Positions 1 through 10,015 of a stretch of 64,000 nt of DNA are shown here, piece by piece (the stretch's first letter is position 1; every line of letters starts with the position of its first letter). The notes under the pieces are model-generated. The model had not been told where the DNA came from. It did no database searches and saw only the letters and a program-made list of their open reading frames with translations. A program made the translations under genes and the position numbers. The stretch comes from Candidatus Omnitrophota bacterium (GTDB taxonomy: Bacteria; Omnitrophota; Gorgyraeia; Pluralincolimonadales; Pluralincolimonadaceae), in contig PLNR01000004.1 of assembly GCA_003141835.1 (NCBI GenBank), forward strand, positions 13,943 through 77,942, given 5' to 3'.

Positions 1-268
1 AAGATGACAGCTCTGAGGATAGATTCGTTTATCTTATAGATCCTCTCCATCGCCGTGATCGACCGGGGCTCGCCGGTAAAATAGAGCAGGAGGTAACGGC
101 CCTTCTTCTCTTTCTTTATCGGATAGGCGAGGTCCCTCGTCCCTAATTCCTCTTTGGCGTCGACTTTCCCGCCGTTCTTTGTGATGACCTCTACGACCGC
201 GGCGCTGAGTTTCCCGTATTCTTCATCGCTTAAGTTCGGTTTGAGTATGAAAAGCCCTTCGTATTTCC
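1..268 (-). CDS. rpsF: 30S ribosomal protein S6, N-terminal part (gene runs off the window start)
   Basis: A minus-strand ATG at 266-268 opens a frame reading MRKYEGLFILKPNLSDEEYGKLSAAVVEVITKNGGKVDAKEELGTRDLAYPIKKEKKGRYLLLYF... This matches the S6 pattern (YE.vF...P...G...LAYPI.K..G.Y). It is not in the ORF track because it is truncated by the window edge. Confidence 0.7.
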
Positions 269-880
269 TCATTTTCCTTCCTTTCTATTCTTCAGATTGA
301 ACTGAGTCGCGGCGCCTTCGACGCCGCTTTTGAGCCATGTTTCGCAACAATCGACGGAAGTTTCCACTACTTCGTCTAAAATATCTTCTTCGGCCTTCTT
401 GAAAGTCGAGAGGACGTACCCGCTCAGGCCGGCGCTTTCTGTATCCGTGTCCCGCTCTTGCATGCAAGAGCGGGGCTTGCCTATGCCGACCCTTAGCCTC
501 GCGAAATCGCCGCTCCCCAGATGCTCTATTATGGAAGCGAGGCCGTTGTGGCCTCCGGCAGAGCCGTCGGCCCTTATCCGCGTTATGCCGAGGGAGAGGT
601 TTACGTCATCGCAGATGACGAGGAAGTCGCAGAGTTCGGTCTTCCTGCGCGAGAGTATTGCCCTGACCGCTTCTCCGGACCTGTTCATATAGGTCTGGGG
701 AAGCGCTATCGCCACTTCCTCCCCTAATATCCTGCCTCTTCCAATGAGCGAATTGAACGCCTTCGTATTTAACCTTATGCCATGACTGCCGGCCAGCGCG
801 GATGCGACCGTGAAGCCCACGTTGTGCCGCGTCTTTTCGTATCTCTTCCCGGGATTCCCGAGGCCGACGATCACTTTCAT
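269..880 (-). CDS. pth: peptidyl-tRNA hydrolase
   Basis: MKVIVGLGNPGKRYEKTRHNVGF... is the canonical Pth N-terminus. The protein is 203 aa and sits in the classic pth-rplY-prs-glmU cluster. Confidence 0.9.
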   Translation of the reverse strand: MKVIVGLGNPGKRYEKTRHNVGFTVASALAGSHGIRLNTKAFNSLIGRGRILGEEVAIALPQTYMNRSGEAVRAILSRRKTELCDFLVICDDVNLSLGITRIRADGSAGGHNGLASIIEHLGSGDFARLRVGIGKPRSCMQERDTDTESAGLSGYVLSTFKKAEEDILDEVVETSVDCCETWLKSGVEGAATQFNLKNRKEGK

Positions 881-917
881 CCCGCACCTATGGGTGCGGG
901 ACAGGCTCCGCTATTCA

Positions 918-1625
918 TTACTCCTTCTTTTCCTTAGCCTTCGCTGCCGCCTTCGCCGCTTCCTCCGCAGCTATCTCTTCGGGTTTCTTCTGCTTCAGGA
1001 CTTCGGGCTCGGCTGGGGCAGTCTCGGCCGCAGCCGCAACTTCCTCAGGCACGATCTCTATCGGTTTCTCGACCGCGAAGATCCTGACGTCAGGGTCATT
1101 TAGTATCTTTACGCCCTTAGGCGCGACTATGTCCTTAATGAAGAGCGCGTCGCCTATCTTCATATTGCTGACATCGACCTCGAGCTTCTGGGGGATGTCG
1201 GTAGGCAAGCACTCGACCTGGATCTCCCAGAGGAGATGCTCGAGCACGCCGCCTTCCTGCTTCACGCCGATAGACTCGCCCTTCGATGCGAGGGGCACGT
1301 TCACCTTGATCTCCTCGGTCAGCGAGATCTCGTTGAAATCGACGTGCAATATGTGGCCGCTCAGCGGGTCATGCTGGATCTCTTTTATGATGCAGGTCTT
1401 GGCCTTTGCCTTCTCGTCACCCTCGATCTTGAGGTTGATAAGGGCGTTCTCTCCGGCCGAGGTATGGAGCGCCTTGTCCATCAATTTCCTGTCGAGGAAA
1501 AGCGGCATTGACTTCTCGCCCTTCCTGTAGACGACGGCGGGGATTATGCCCTTTACGCGTTCGCGTTTTACTACTTCTTTACCGAGTTCCTTCCTTACTT
1601 TGGCTTCCAGTTTTACCTGTTCCAT
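918..1625 (-). CDS. rplY: 50S ribosomal protein L25 / general stress protein Ctc
   Basis: The ...GKEVVKRERVKGIIPAVVYRKGEKSMPL... L25/Ctc fold is followed by a KE/A-rich tail. It lies adjacent to pth and prs. Confidence 0.85.
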   Translation of the reverse strand: MEQVKLEAKVRKELGKEVVKRERVKGIIPAVVYRKGEKSMPLFLDRKLMDKALHTSAGENALINLKIEGDEKAKAKTCIIKEIQHDPLSGHILHVDFNEISLTEEIKVNVPLASKGESIGVKQEGGVLEHLLWEIQVECLPTDIPQKLEVDVSNMKIGDALFIKDIVAPKGVKILNDPDVRIFAVEKPIEIVPEEVAAAAETAPAEPEVLKQKKPEEIAAEEAAKAAAKAKEKKE

Positions 1626-1642
1626 TTAACTTCTTTCTCCTT

Positions 1643-2599
1643 TTATTGGTACACTTTATCGAATAACGTGCTTATCGATTTCTCGTAGTGTATCCTCTCT
1701 ATTGCCTGTCCCAAAAGCGGCCCGACCGATAACACCTTAATCCGCGGGATCATCTTCTCCCTGGGTATGGGTATCGTGTCGGTCACTATCAATTCCTCGA
1801 GTGCGGAATTCTCTATCCTCTCTATGGCCGGGCCCGATAAGACGGCGTGAGTGGCCGCGGCGAAGATCTTCTTTGCCCCGGCGTTCTTTAGCGCCGCTAC
1901 GGCCTCGACGAGAGTCCCTGCCGTGGCGACAAGGTCATCGATAAGGCAGACGTTCTTGCCCCTGACCTCGCCCATTATGTTCATTACCTCGGCTTCCTTG
2001 TCGTTTATCCGCCTTTTGTCCACGACGGCCAGCCCTGCCTTGAATTTTTTCGCGTAGGCGCGCGCCATCTTCATGCCGCCGACATCAGGCGAGACGACGA
2101 CGAGATTGGGGAGGTGCATCTTCTCGAAATATCTCATGAAAGTGTTCACCGCGAAAAGGTTATCGAGCGGTATGTCGAAAAATCCCTGTATCTGGCCCGC
2201 GTGCAGGTCCATCGTCAGGACGCGGTTAGCGCCGGCGACGGTTATTAGGTTCGCGACCAGTTTTGCCGTGATCGGTACGCGCGGGCGGTCTTTCCTGTCC
2301 TGCCTGCTGTACCCGTAATAAGGCATGACCGCGGTGATGCGCCGCGCCGATGAGCGCCTTATGGCGTCTGTCAATATCAATAATTCCATAAGATTATCGT
2401 TTACCGGATTGCAGGTCGGCTGGACGACGAATACGTCCCGGCCCCTTACGTCCTCGGCGATCCTTATCCTTATCTCGCCGTCGTTGAACCTGTCGACCTG
2501 CGCGTTGCCTAACGGGACCTTAAGGTAGCTGCAGATCCTCTTCGCGAGCTCGGGGTTCGCGTTGCCGGAAAATACCAGTATCTCCTTATTGTTCTTCAT
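1643..2599 (-). CDS. prs: ribose-phosphate pyrophosphokinase
   Basis: LVFSGNANPELAKRICSYLKVPLGNAQVDRFNDGEIRIRI and the PRPP-binding motif region DLHAGQIQGFFDIP are present. The protein is 318 aa. Confidence 0.9.
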   Translation of the reverse strand: MKNNKEILVFSGNANPELAKRICSYLKVPLGNAQVDRFNDGEIRIRIAEDVRGRDVFVVQPTCNPVNDNLMELLILTDAIRRSSARRITAVMPYYGYSRQDRKDRPRVPITAKLVANLITVAGANRVLTMDLHAGQIQGFFDIPLDNLFAVNTFMRYFEKMHLPNLVVVSPDVGGMKMARAYAKKFKAGLAVVDKRRINDKEAEVMNIMGEVRGKNVCLIDDLVATAGTLVEAVAALKNAGAKKIFAAATHAVLSGPAIERIENSALEELIVTDTIPIPREKMIPRIKVLSVGPLLGQAIERIHYEKSISTLFDKVYQ

Positions 2600-3867
2600 C
2601 TTTTGCCCTTTGCCTTTTTAGATTTATCCAGTATCCTCGCCGGCACTCCTACTGCGACAGCTTTCGCCGGGATGTTATTGTTTTTTAAGACGACGCTTCC
2701 CGCGCCTGTGACGGCGCCGTTGCCGACCTTGACCGGGGCGACCAGTATTGTGCCGCTCCCGACAAAGACTTTATCCCCTATCACGGTCCTGCTCTTTTTC
2801 TTGCCGTCGTAATTAGCGGTAATGGTGCCGCATCCCACGTTGGCGCCTTTACCGACGACGGTATCGCCGAGATAGGTAAGGTGTTTTGCTTTAGATTTAG
2901 AACCGATCTTCGAACGTACGATTTCGACGAAATTACCTATTTCCGCGTCGTCATCGATAGTCGTGCCCGGCCTTAACCTGCAGAACGGCCCGATCGCGCA
3001 GCGTTTGCCGATGACCACGTCTTTCTCTATAAAAGTAAAAGGATAAATGACCGTGTCTTTACCGATCTTCGCATCCGGAGATATGAAAGTCGTAGCAGGG
3101 TCGAGTACCGTGACCGAACCCTTGATAAGTTCCGCGACTTTCCTCCGGCCCAATACAGAATACGCTTTAGCCAAATCCGCCCTCGAGTTCATCCCGATTG
3201 ACTCGCCGGGATCGTCCGTCTTGAATGCGCTGACTTTCCTTCCGTCTTCCAGGAGGATCTCAATTACATCGGTCAGGTAAAATTCCTTCTTGACCTTCGA
3301 CTTCTGCACCCTGCTTATGGCTTCAAAGAGGTCCTTGCGGTCGAAACAGTAGAGCCCGACGTTTATCTCGCGGACCCGCTTCTCATCCGCGACCGCCTCT
3401 TTATCTTCGACGATCGCTTTTACGCCGCCTGATATCCCGCGGATGATCCTGCCGTACCCGGACGGATCGTCCATGTCTACGGTCAGTACCGTGCAGGAGG
3501 ACGCTGAAGCCTTGTGCTGCTTCATCAAGAACCGCAAAGTCCCTATTTTTACCAGGGGGACATCGCCGTAAAGGACCGCGATGTCATCAAATCCGGATAA
3601 TTCCTTCTTCGCAACCTTTACCGCGTCCGCCGTGCCGAGCTGCTTCTCCTGGACGACGGTCCTTGCCTTGCCCTTGAGGAAGCGCTCTGTCTCCCCGGCC
3701 TTGTGGCCTATCACGACGACGGGCTTTTCGAACCCGCATGCCGACGCCGTGTCCAGGACATGCTGGAGGATGGGTTTCCCGTGCAGGTCATGCAGGACTT
3801 TCGGTATATCGGAATAGAAACGCGTTCCCTTGCCGGCGGCAAGGATCACACAACCGAAGCCGCTCAA
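2596..3867 (-). CDS. glmU: bifunctional UDP-N-acetylglucosamine pyrophosphorylase / glucosamine-1-phosphate N-acetyltransferase
   Basis: ILAAGKGTRFYSDIPKVLH is the nucleotidyltransferase N-terminus, followed by C-terminal hexapeptide (LbH) repeats. The gene overlaps prs by 4 nt. Confidence 0.9.
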   Translation of the reverse strand: MSGFGCVILAAGKGTRFYSDIPKVLHDLHGKPILQHVLDTASACGFEKPVVVIGHKAGETERFLKGKARTVVQEKQLGTADAVKVAKKELSGFDDIAVLYGDVPLVKIGTLRFLMKQHKASASSCTVLTVDMDDPSGYGRIIRGISGGVKAIVEDKEAVADEKRVREINVGLYCFDRKDLFEAISRVQKSKVKKEFYLTDVIEILLEDGRKVSAFKTDDPGESIGMNSRADLAKAYSVLGRRKVAELIKGSVTVLDPATTFISPDAKIGKDTVIYPFTFIEKDVVIGKRCAIGPFCRLRPGTTIDDDAEIGNFVEIVRSKIGSKSKAKHLTYLGDTVVGKGANVGCGTITANYDGKKKSRTVIGDKVFVGSGTILVAPVKVGNGAVTGAGSVVLKNNNIPAKAVAVGVPARILDKSKKAKGKR

Positions 3868-3883
3868 TTTATCCCTGTGCCCC

Positions 3884-5140
3884 TTAGGCTATTTTACGTT
3901 TGTCTTTGTCTTCGCCGCGCGCGATGAGTATCGGCATGGTCTTGCGCGTGACGCATTCCGGCGTGATTATGCACTCCGCGATATCGTTCTGCGACGGAAT
4001 ATCATACATCACTTCGAACATTATCTCTTCGAGTATCGAGCGCAGGCCGCGAGCGCCGGTGCCCTTATGCAGGGCTTCTTTCGCGATCGCGACGAGCGAA
4101 TCTTCGGGGATCGTAAGCTTGACGTTCTCCATCTCGAAAAATTTCGTATACTGTTTTACCAGCGAATTCTTGGGCTTGACCAAAACCTCTACGAGGTCTT
4201 TCTCGTCAAGCGGGTTGAGCGTTGCGACCACCGGCAGGCGCCCCACGAATTCCGGGATCATCCCGAACTTTAACAGGTCCTCCGGCTCGACCCGGGAAAG
4301 GAGGTCTCCCATCTTCTTGGCCTTGCTGGCCTGCGGCTCGTCGAGATAAGTGTTGAAGCCTATCGTCTTCTTGCCTATCCTGCGCTCGATTATCTTGTCG
4401 ATGGTCGAGAAAGTCCCTCCGCATATAAAAAGTATGTTGGTCGTATCGACCTGTATATATTCCTGCTGCGGGTGTTTCCTTCCGCCCTGCGGCGGGACGT
4501 TGGCGGTCGTCCCTTCCAGTATCTTCAACAGCGCCTGCTGGACGCCCTCTCCGGAGACATCCCTCGTGACCGAGACGTTCTCATGGGTCTTGCCGATCTT
4601 GTCTATCTCGTCGATATATATTATCCCGTGCTGCGCGCGTTTTACGTCGTAATTGCACGCCTGGAGAAGGCGCAAGAGCACGTTCTCGACGTCCTCGCCG
4701 ACGTAACCGGCCTCTGTCAACGGCGTGGCGTCGCACAGGGCAAACGGCACATCCAGGACCTTCGCGAGCGTCCGCGCCAGGAGCGTCTTGCCGGACCCGG
4801 TGGGCCCGATAAGCAGGACGTTTGACTTCTCGAACTCGACGTCGCGGCTCTGTACCTGCGTGACTATGCGTTTGTAATGGTTGTATACGCCAACGGAAAG
4901 CTGCCTCTTGGCGCGATCCTGCCCGACTATGTATTGGTCGAGCTGGCGCTTTAATTCGGCGGGCTTTAAAAGTTCCTTGACGCGGGTCTCGCGCTTCTGC
5001 TTAAGCTCCTCTTCCTCGTCGCTGGACAAGATCTGTCCGCAAAGCTTGACGCAGCTCTCGCAGATATACGCGCCCTGCCCCGAAAATAGTTTCTTCACTT
5101 TTTCGCGGGATTTCCCGCAAAACGAACATCTCTCTGTCAT
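3884..5140 (-). CDS. clpX: ATP-dependent Clp protease ATP-binding subunit ClpX
   Basis: The N-terminal C4 zinc finger (CSFCGK...CESC) is followed by Walker [12 protein letters not shown], a sensor region and the IGF-like loop. Confidence 0.95.
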   Translation of the reverse strand: MTERCSFCGKSREKVKKLFSGQGAYICESCVKLCGQILSSDEEEELKQKRETRVKELLKPAELKRQLDQYIVGQDRAKRQLSVGVYNHYKRIVTQVQSRDVEFEKSNVLLIGPTGSGKTLLARTLAKVLDVPFALCDATPLTEAGYVGEDVENVLLRLLQACNYDVKRAQHGIIYIDEIDKIGKTHENVSVTRDVSGEGVQQALLKILEGTTANVPPQGGRKHPQQEYIQVDTTNILFICGGTFSTIDKIIERRIGKKTIGFNTYLDEPQASKAKKMGDLLSRVEPEDLLKFGMIPEFVGRLPVVATLNPLDEKDLVEVLVKPKNSLVKQYTKFFEMENVKLTIPEDSLVAIAKEALHKGTGARGLRSILEEIMFEVMYDIPSQNDIAECIITPECVTRKTMPILIARGEDKDKRKIA

Positions 5141-5157
5141 TCCGATTTGCCTCGCAT

Positions 5158-5231
5158 TGGTTGCCCGGTGAGGATTCGAACCTCAACGCCGAGATCCAAA
5201 TTCTCGTGTGCTACCTTTACACTACCGGGCA
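5158..5231 (-). tRNA. tRNA-Gln (anticodon UUG)
   Basis: The minus-strand read TGCCCGGTAGTGTAAAGGTAGCACACGAGAATTTGGATCTCGGCGTTGAGGTTCGAATCCTCACCGGGCAACCA has a 7-bp acceptor stem (TGCCCGG/CCGGGCA), an anticodon stem CGAGA/TCTCG with loop ATTTGGA (anticodon TTG), a T-arm TGAGG-TTCGAAT-CCTCA and an encoded CCA. It lies 18 nt upstream of the clpX start. Confidence 0.8.
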
Positions 5232-5297
5232 GAAGAAAATAAAACTATTCGGTTAAGCCTTTTCTTATAATGCATAAGGAAGGCTTGCCCTGTGGGG

Positions 5298-5732
5298 CTA
5301 GTCTTCTTCTTCTGCGTACTCTGGCCCTTTGGCTGGGACAGGACCCTTCTTCTTCTCGGCATCAAAGGCTTCCAGTACCCTCTTCTGGATAAGCTCCCTG
5401 AATTCGAGCGTGATAGGATGGGCTATGTCTTTGTGTTCCGCCTGGCGCTCCTTCGCCTCGTCCTCCGGGCTCTTCGCCGCCGGACGCGGGATGCAATTCA
5501 GGCCGGAACCGCAGTTATTGCAATATTTGGACCGTACCACGTTCTTGAAATTGCATTTCGGGCACGGCTCCTTCATCTTCCTCGACGGCATCGCGACGAA
5601 GAGGCCCTTTTGCCCTTCGATGACCTTTATATTCCTGACGACGAACGCGCTGTCGAAAGTTACCGTAGCGTAAGCCTTAAGCTTCTTGTCCTGCCCCTCT
5701 TTCATGAAGACCCTGACCTCGGTGATCTGCAT
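5298..5732 (-). CDS. spoVG: SpoVG-family protein with an inserted C4 zinc-ribbon
   Basis: [52 protein letters not shown] ... [22 protein letters not shown] matches SpoVG. Between those two conserved blocks sits an insertion of about 45 aa containing CPKC...CNNC. Confidence 0.75.
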   Translation of the reverse strand: MQITEVRVFMKEGQDKKLKAYATVTFDSAFVVRNIKVIEGQKGLFVAMPSRKMKEPCPKCNFKNVVRSKYCNNCGSGLNCIPRPAAKSPEDEAKERQAEHKDIAHPITLEFRELIQKRVLEAFDAEKKKGPVPAKGPEYAEEED

Positions 5733-5770
5733 CTGCTGCTCCTTTTTTTCTCAGATGAAGAAAGGCTGGC

Positions 5771-6640
5771 TTACCACAAAGTCCGCGCGACGAAAGCTTT
5801 CCAACCGTCCCCAAGTAAGAGCCTACTCTTTGCTTCCAGAGCTTCTTCTTTACCGGAAGCCACTCCATACACCGTAGGCCCGCTGCCGCTCATAATCGAA
5901 AACCTGAGCCCCGCTTCTTTTATCGCAGATTTCATCTCAGAGATGGCCTTGGACTTGCGTTCAACCGGGACTTCCAAGCTATTGGACAAAAGACTCCCAA
6001 GGTCCTCAAATTTGATCCCTTTGAGGCGAACAGGGTTAATTCTACTATCAGAAGGGGCCGAAGTCAAGCCCAAATTTAGGTCGTTGTAGGCGTCTTTTGC
6101 GAGCACCGGAAATCCAGGATTGACAAGAAGATACCAAAAAACGCTCTTTTCCTGCCCGTCTCCGCACGGTTCCAGTATTTCGCCTTTCCCTCGGCCTATA
6201 GCCCTCCCACAATCTAATAAAAAGAAGGCAACATCCGCCCCGATCGAACTTCCTATCTCTAATAAATGACTTTTATTAAGTTTTAAGTTCCAAAGTTCAT
6301 TCAAGCCGCGCAAGGCATAGGCGCAATCAGAGCTGGCGCCGCCTAAACCGGCCGCGACCGGGATATTCTTCTTTAATGTCATCTCCACGCCGCCGGCCGC
6401 CGGATATCTATCCTTGAGCATCTGCGCGGCTTTGTAGATGAGGTTGCGCTTATCACAAGGCGCTTGTGGGTCATCGCATTTGACCACAATATCTTCGGGT
6501 ATCGCTTTGAGGGAAAGTTCGTCGCAGAGATCTATGCGCTCGAACACGGTCTCGATGTCATGGTAACCGTCGGGCCGCTTGCGCAGGACCTTAAGATACA
6601 GGTTTATCTTTGCGGGAGGTCTTAAGTTTATCATAGGCAT
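5771..6640 (-). CDS. ispE: 4-diphosphocytidyl-2-C-methyl-D-erythritol kinase
   Basis: PAKINLYLKVLRKRPDGYHDIETVF and the GHMP-kinase motif GLGGASSD are present. Confidence 0.85.
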   Translation of the reverse strand: MPMINLRPPAKINLYLKVLRKRPDGYHDIETVFERIDLCDELSLKAIPEDIVVKCDDPQAPCDKRNLIYKAAQMLKDRYPAAGGVEMTLKKNIPVAAGLGGASSDCAYALRGLNELWNLKLNKSHLLEIGSSIGADVAFFLLDCGRAIGRGKGEILEPCGDGQEKSVFWYLLVNPGFPVLAKDAYNDLNLGLTSAPSDSRINPVRLKGIKFEDLGSLLSNSLEVPVERKSKAISEMKSAIKEAGLRFSIMSGSGPTVYGVASGKEEALEAKSRLLLGDGWKAFVARTLW

Positions 6641-6672
6641 TAGCCCCTTCCCTTAGTGGGTATAGGGAAGGG

Positions 6673-7626
6673 CTATCCTTTAGGATACTTTTTGGCTTTA
6701 AGGAGTTCGAGCGCCGCTTTCACGATGCCTTCGGCGCTAAGGCCGAAATATTTCATGAGCTCCAGGGCATCACCGGATTCGCCGAAACGGTCCTTCATCC
6801 CGACCATGCGCACCGGGACGGGGCAATTTTCGGCCAGGACCTCGACGACGGCGCTTCCCATCCCGCCTACGACAGTGTGCTCTTCGGCGGTGACGATAGC
6901 GCCGGTCTCTTTCGCGGCTTTTATTATCTCTTCCTTGTCTATCGGCTTTACCGTATGGAGGTTTACCACTCGGGATGACACTCCCAGTTTTTTGAGGTCG
7001 TCCCTCGCTTTCAGCGCCTCATGGACCATTACACCCGTCCCGATTATTGTGAGGTCTGAACCGTCGGCCATGCGCAGGGCCTTGCCTATTTTATAACTGT
7101 CCTTGTAGTCTGTTATTATGGGGAAGGGTTCGCGTCCCAGCCTTAGGTATACCGGCCCGGGATGTGAAGCGGCGGCGATCGTCGCAAGCCGCGCCTCTTC
7201 GGAATCGCACGGCACTATCACCGTCATGTTCGGCAGGACGCGCATAAGCGTTATCTCTTCAAGCGCCTGGTGCGAGGCGCCGTCAGGCCCGACCGATATC
7301 CCGCCGTGGCTGCCCGCGATCTTGACGTTCAGGTTCATGTAGCAGACCGAAAGGCGTATTTGGTCCCAGGCGCGGCCCGAGGCGAATACTCCGAACGTGC
7401 ACGCGAACGGGACCTTGCCGCTCAGCGCGAAACCCGCGGCGGTGGATATCATGTCCTGCTCGGCCACGCCGAAATCGAAGAACCTCTCCGGATATTTATC
7501 CCTGAACCAGTTGGCGCGCACCGAGGCGGTAAGGTCCGCGGAAAGCACCACGACATTACTGTTCGACTTCCCGAGCTCTACCAGCGCCTCGCCGAATCCG
7601 TCGCGTGTAGGTTTGATGACAGGCAT
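6673..7626 (-). CDS. transketolase, C-terminal (pyrimidine-binding/C-terminal domain) subunit
   Basis: At 317 aa it matches the split-transketolase C-terminal subunit (…GEDGPTHQ-like ISVGPDGASHQALEEI…), directly downstream of the N-terminal subunit. Confidence 0.85.
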   Translation of the reverse strand: MPVIKPTRDGFGEALVELGKSNSNVVVLSADLTASVRANWFRDKYPERFFDFGVAEQDMISTAAGFALSGKVPFACTFGVFASGRAWDQIRLSVCYMNLNVKIAGSHGGISVGPDGASHQALEEITLMRVLPNMTVIVPCDSEEARLATIAAASHPGPVYLRLGREPFPIITDYKDSYKIGKALRMADGSDLTIIGTGVMVHEALKARDDLKKLGVSSRVVNLHTVKPIDKEEIIKAAKETGAIVTAEEHTVVGGMGSAVVEVLAENCPVPVRMVGMKDRFGESGDALELMKYFGLSAEGIVKAALELLKAKKYPKG

Positions 7627-8457
7627 TTACTTAAGGCCCTCTTCTATCTCTTTGAGCGCTTTTTCAAGGTCGGCCTTCTTGACGGCCGTGCCGTGGTATC
7701 CGGGCGCGTTCTTCTCGATGAACGAGACTCCCTTGCCCTTTACCGTATGCGCGATTATCACCGTGGGTTTCCCTTTTATCATCTCGGCCTTATCGAGCGC
7801 GTCCATTATCTGCTTGAAATCGTGGCCGTCTATCTCTATGACGTGCCAGCCGAAAGCGAGCCATTTGTCCTTTACCGGCTCGAGGTTCTTTATGTCGCTA
7901 GTCCAGCCGTCTATCTGCTGCTTGTTGAGGTCTACGATGGCGCAGAGGTTGTCTATCTTGTAATGCGCGGCGGTCATGGCGGCTTCCCATACCTGCCCTT
8001 CGTCAAGCTCGCCGTCGCCAAGCAGGCAATATACCCTGTAATCCTTGAAATCCATGCGCGCGGAGAGCGCCATCCCGTCGGAGATGGAGAGCCCCTGTCC
8101 GAGCGATCCGGTCGAGGCCTCGCAACCGGGCGTACTGAGGCTCGCGTGCCCCTGGAGTATTGAACCGCGCTTGCGCACGGTCATTAGAGTTTCGCGCGGG
8201 AAGAATCCCCTGTGCGCGAGCACCGCGTAGAGCGTCGGGCAGGTGTGCCCCTTTGAAAGGACGAACCTGTCCCTCTCCGGCCATTTGATATTCTTGGGAT
8301 CATAACGCAACTTATAATAATAAAGCGCGACGACGAGCTCGACGCACGAGAGCGATCCGGACGTATGCCCGGACCCCGCCTCGGAGAGCATCGTCAGGAC
8401 GTCTTTTCTTATCTCTTTGGCCGTATCTTTTAACTGGTCGAGGCTTGGTCTTGCCAT
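7627..8457 (-). CDS. transketolase, N-terminal (TPP-binding) subunit
   Basis: The TPP-binding motif GHTSGSLS...GDGELDEGQVWEA is present. The ORF-track frame extends to 8685, but the likely true start is the ATG at 8455-8457 (MARPSLDQLKD...). That start overlaps the upstream TPR-gene stop as TAATG. Confidence 0.8.
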   Translation of the reverse strand: MARPSLDQLKDTAKEIRKDVLTMLSEAGSGHTSGSLSCVELVVALYYYKLRYDPKNIKWPERDRFVLSKGHTCPTLYAVLAHRGFFPRETLMTVRKRGSILQGHASLSTPGCEASTGSLGQGLSISDGMALSARMDFKDYRVYCLLGDGELDEGQVWEAAMTAAHYKIDNLCAIVDLNKQQIDGWTSDIKNLEPVKDKWLAFGWHVIEIDGHDFKQIMDALDKAEMIKGKPTVIIAHTVKGKGVSFIEKNAPGYHGTAVKKADLEKALKEIEEGLK

Positions 8458-9989
8458 TATTTCCCTGTTTTCTTCAATTTTTCGAGCTTCTCTTTGATCG
8501 ACGGCTGGTCTGCTTTCAATTCCAGCGATTTTTTCCAGACGTCCTCCGCCTTCGCCGTCAGGCCTTTCTTGTAATACGCGTCCCCGAGGTGGTCGTAAAG
8601 TATCGAATCTTTCCCGTAGGCCGTTATCGCCTTCTCGAGCTGTGTTATCGCCTCGTCGGTCATCCCCTTCTTGTAATACGCCCACCCGAGGCTGTCTATA
8701 TAGGCGCCGTTATCCGGGCTGAGATCGAGGGCGCGCTTGATGAGGGTTATCGCCTCGTCGAGGTTCGTCCCGTCTTCAGCGTACATATAACCCAGAAAAT
8801 TCAGCGCGTCGGCATGCTTGGGGTTGAGCTCGATCGCCTTCTTCAACTCTTCTATGGCAAGCGCTTTCTCCCCCGCGCTTTCGTAGGCCGAGGCCAGGTA
8901 AAAATATCCGTCGGAATCCTTAGGGGCGAGTTCTACCGCCCGCTTGTAAGAGCCGAGGGCTTCCTTCGTCATCTTCTTCTGCGAATAGGCCATGCCTTTT
9001 ACTATATAGGCCAGGCTGGCGCGAGGCTCATCTTTTATTGCGACCGCCTTATCCAGAAGGGCAAGGGCTTCGTCCGGCTTCTTCTCGTTGAGGTAGACAT
9101 ACGCCAGCTCCAGGTATCCCTCTATCTTATCCGGCGCAAGGCTGACTATGAGCTTATAGGTCGAGATAGCGTCGTCGGGCTTACCGGCGCGGTAATAGGC
9201 GTGCGCCAGCAGGCTGTATATCCTCGTGTTCAGCGGTTCGGCCTCGAGGGTCTTCTTGTAATCCTCTATCGCCTTGGCGTAATCGCCCTTGAGCTCCCAG
9301 ATTATCGCCCTGCTTAAGCGCGCTTCCGCGTAATCCGGGTTGAGTTTTACCGCCGTGTCGAAATGCGTGAGCGCGTCATCGTATTTCCCCAACTTCGTGT
9401 AAAAGATCCCTAACGTAAAATGTATGAGGGCCGACTCCTTGCCTTCCTTGAGGATATCCTCATAGACCTTGGCGGCCTCCTCGATCTTCTGCTGCACCAC
9501 GTAAAGGTCGGCAAGCGAGGCGAGGGCCTTGATATCGTGCGGGTCCCTTTTTACTATCTCCTCGTACTGTTCGGCGGCCTTGTCGAATTTCTTCTGTATC
9601 GTGTAAAGGAGGGCGAGGGTGAAACGGGCGTTGGCGTCGGACGGGTCGCTTTCTATGGCGATGTTAAGGTATTTCGCGGCCTCTTCCGATTTGTTGAGCC
9701 GGATGTAATCCAGCGCTATGCTCGTATTTATGGTAGAGGACTTCGGGTCCTGCTGTAAGGCTTTCTTGTATTCCTCGATTCCCTGCTCGAACTTTGATTC
9801 GTTATCGAGGACGTTACCCATCAGGAAATGGGCATAGGAGCTCGTATCGGCGCTTTTCGATTTTTGGCCTTCCGAAAAAAGCGTATCGTAATCGGAAAGG
9901 CGCTCGGAAGACCTGCAATAGAGGGGCGACCCTTTTATTACGGCAAAAAGGGCCACCCCTGCAATGGCGATGAGAATATACTTTTTCAC
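8457..9989 (-). CDS. TPR-repeat protein (N-terminal signal/anchor)
   Basis: Multiple tetratricopeptide repeats of the form A..Y..A..P.....A..LG..Y run throughout the protein, behind a hydrophobic N-terminus. Confidence 0.8.
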   Translation of the reverse strand: MKKYILIAIAGVALFAVIKGSPLYCRSSERLSDYDTLFSEGQKSKSADTSSYAHFLMGNVLDNESKFEQGIEEYKKALQQDPKSSTINTSIALDYIRLNKSEEAAKYLNIAIESDPSDANARFTLALLYTIQKKFDKAAEQYEEIVKRDPHDIKALASLADLYVVQQKIEEAAKVYEDILKEGKESALIHFTLGIFYTKLGKYDDALTHFDTAVKLNPDYAEARLSRAIIWELKGDYAKAIEDYKKTLEAEPLNTRIYSLLAHAYYRAGKPDDAISTYKLIVSLAPDKIEGYLELAYVYLNEKKPDEALALLDKAVAIKDEPRASLAYIVKGMAYSQKKMTKEALGSYKRAVELAPKDSDGYFYLASAYESAGEKALAIEELKKAIELNPKHADALNFLGYMYAEDGTNLDEAITLIKRALDLSPDNGAYIDSLGWAYYKKGMTDEAITQLEKAITAYGKDSILYDHLGDAYYKKGLTAKAEDVWKKSLELKADQPSIKEKLEKLKKTGK

Positions 9990-10015
9990 CTTGGAAAGTC
10001 AGCTTTCAAGAAGAA

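Noticed and set aside
7627-8685. 352-aa ORF-track version of the transketolase N-subunit extending 228 nt into the TPR gene.
   Set aside because: The extension is Gly/Arg/Asp-rich with no transketolase homology. The conserved start MARPSLDQLKD coincides with a TAATG junction.
7270-9317. Long plus-strand ORFs (7270..8163, 297 aa; 7397..7963; 8445..9317, 290 aa) opposite transketolase and the TPR gene.
   Set aside because: These are antisense shadow ORFs typical of GC-rich DNA, with Arg/Pro/Gly-rich low-complexity translations. The minus-strand genes have clear homology.
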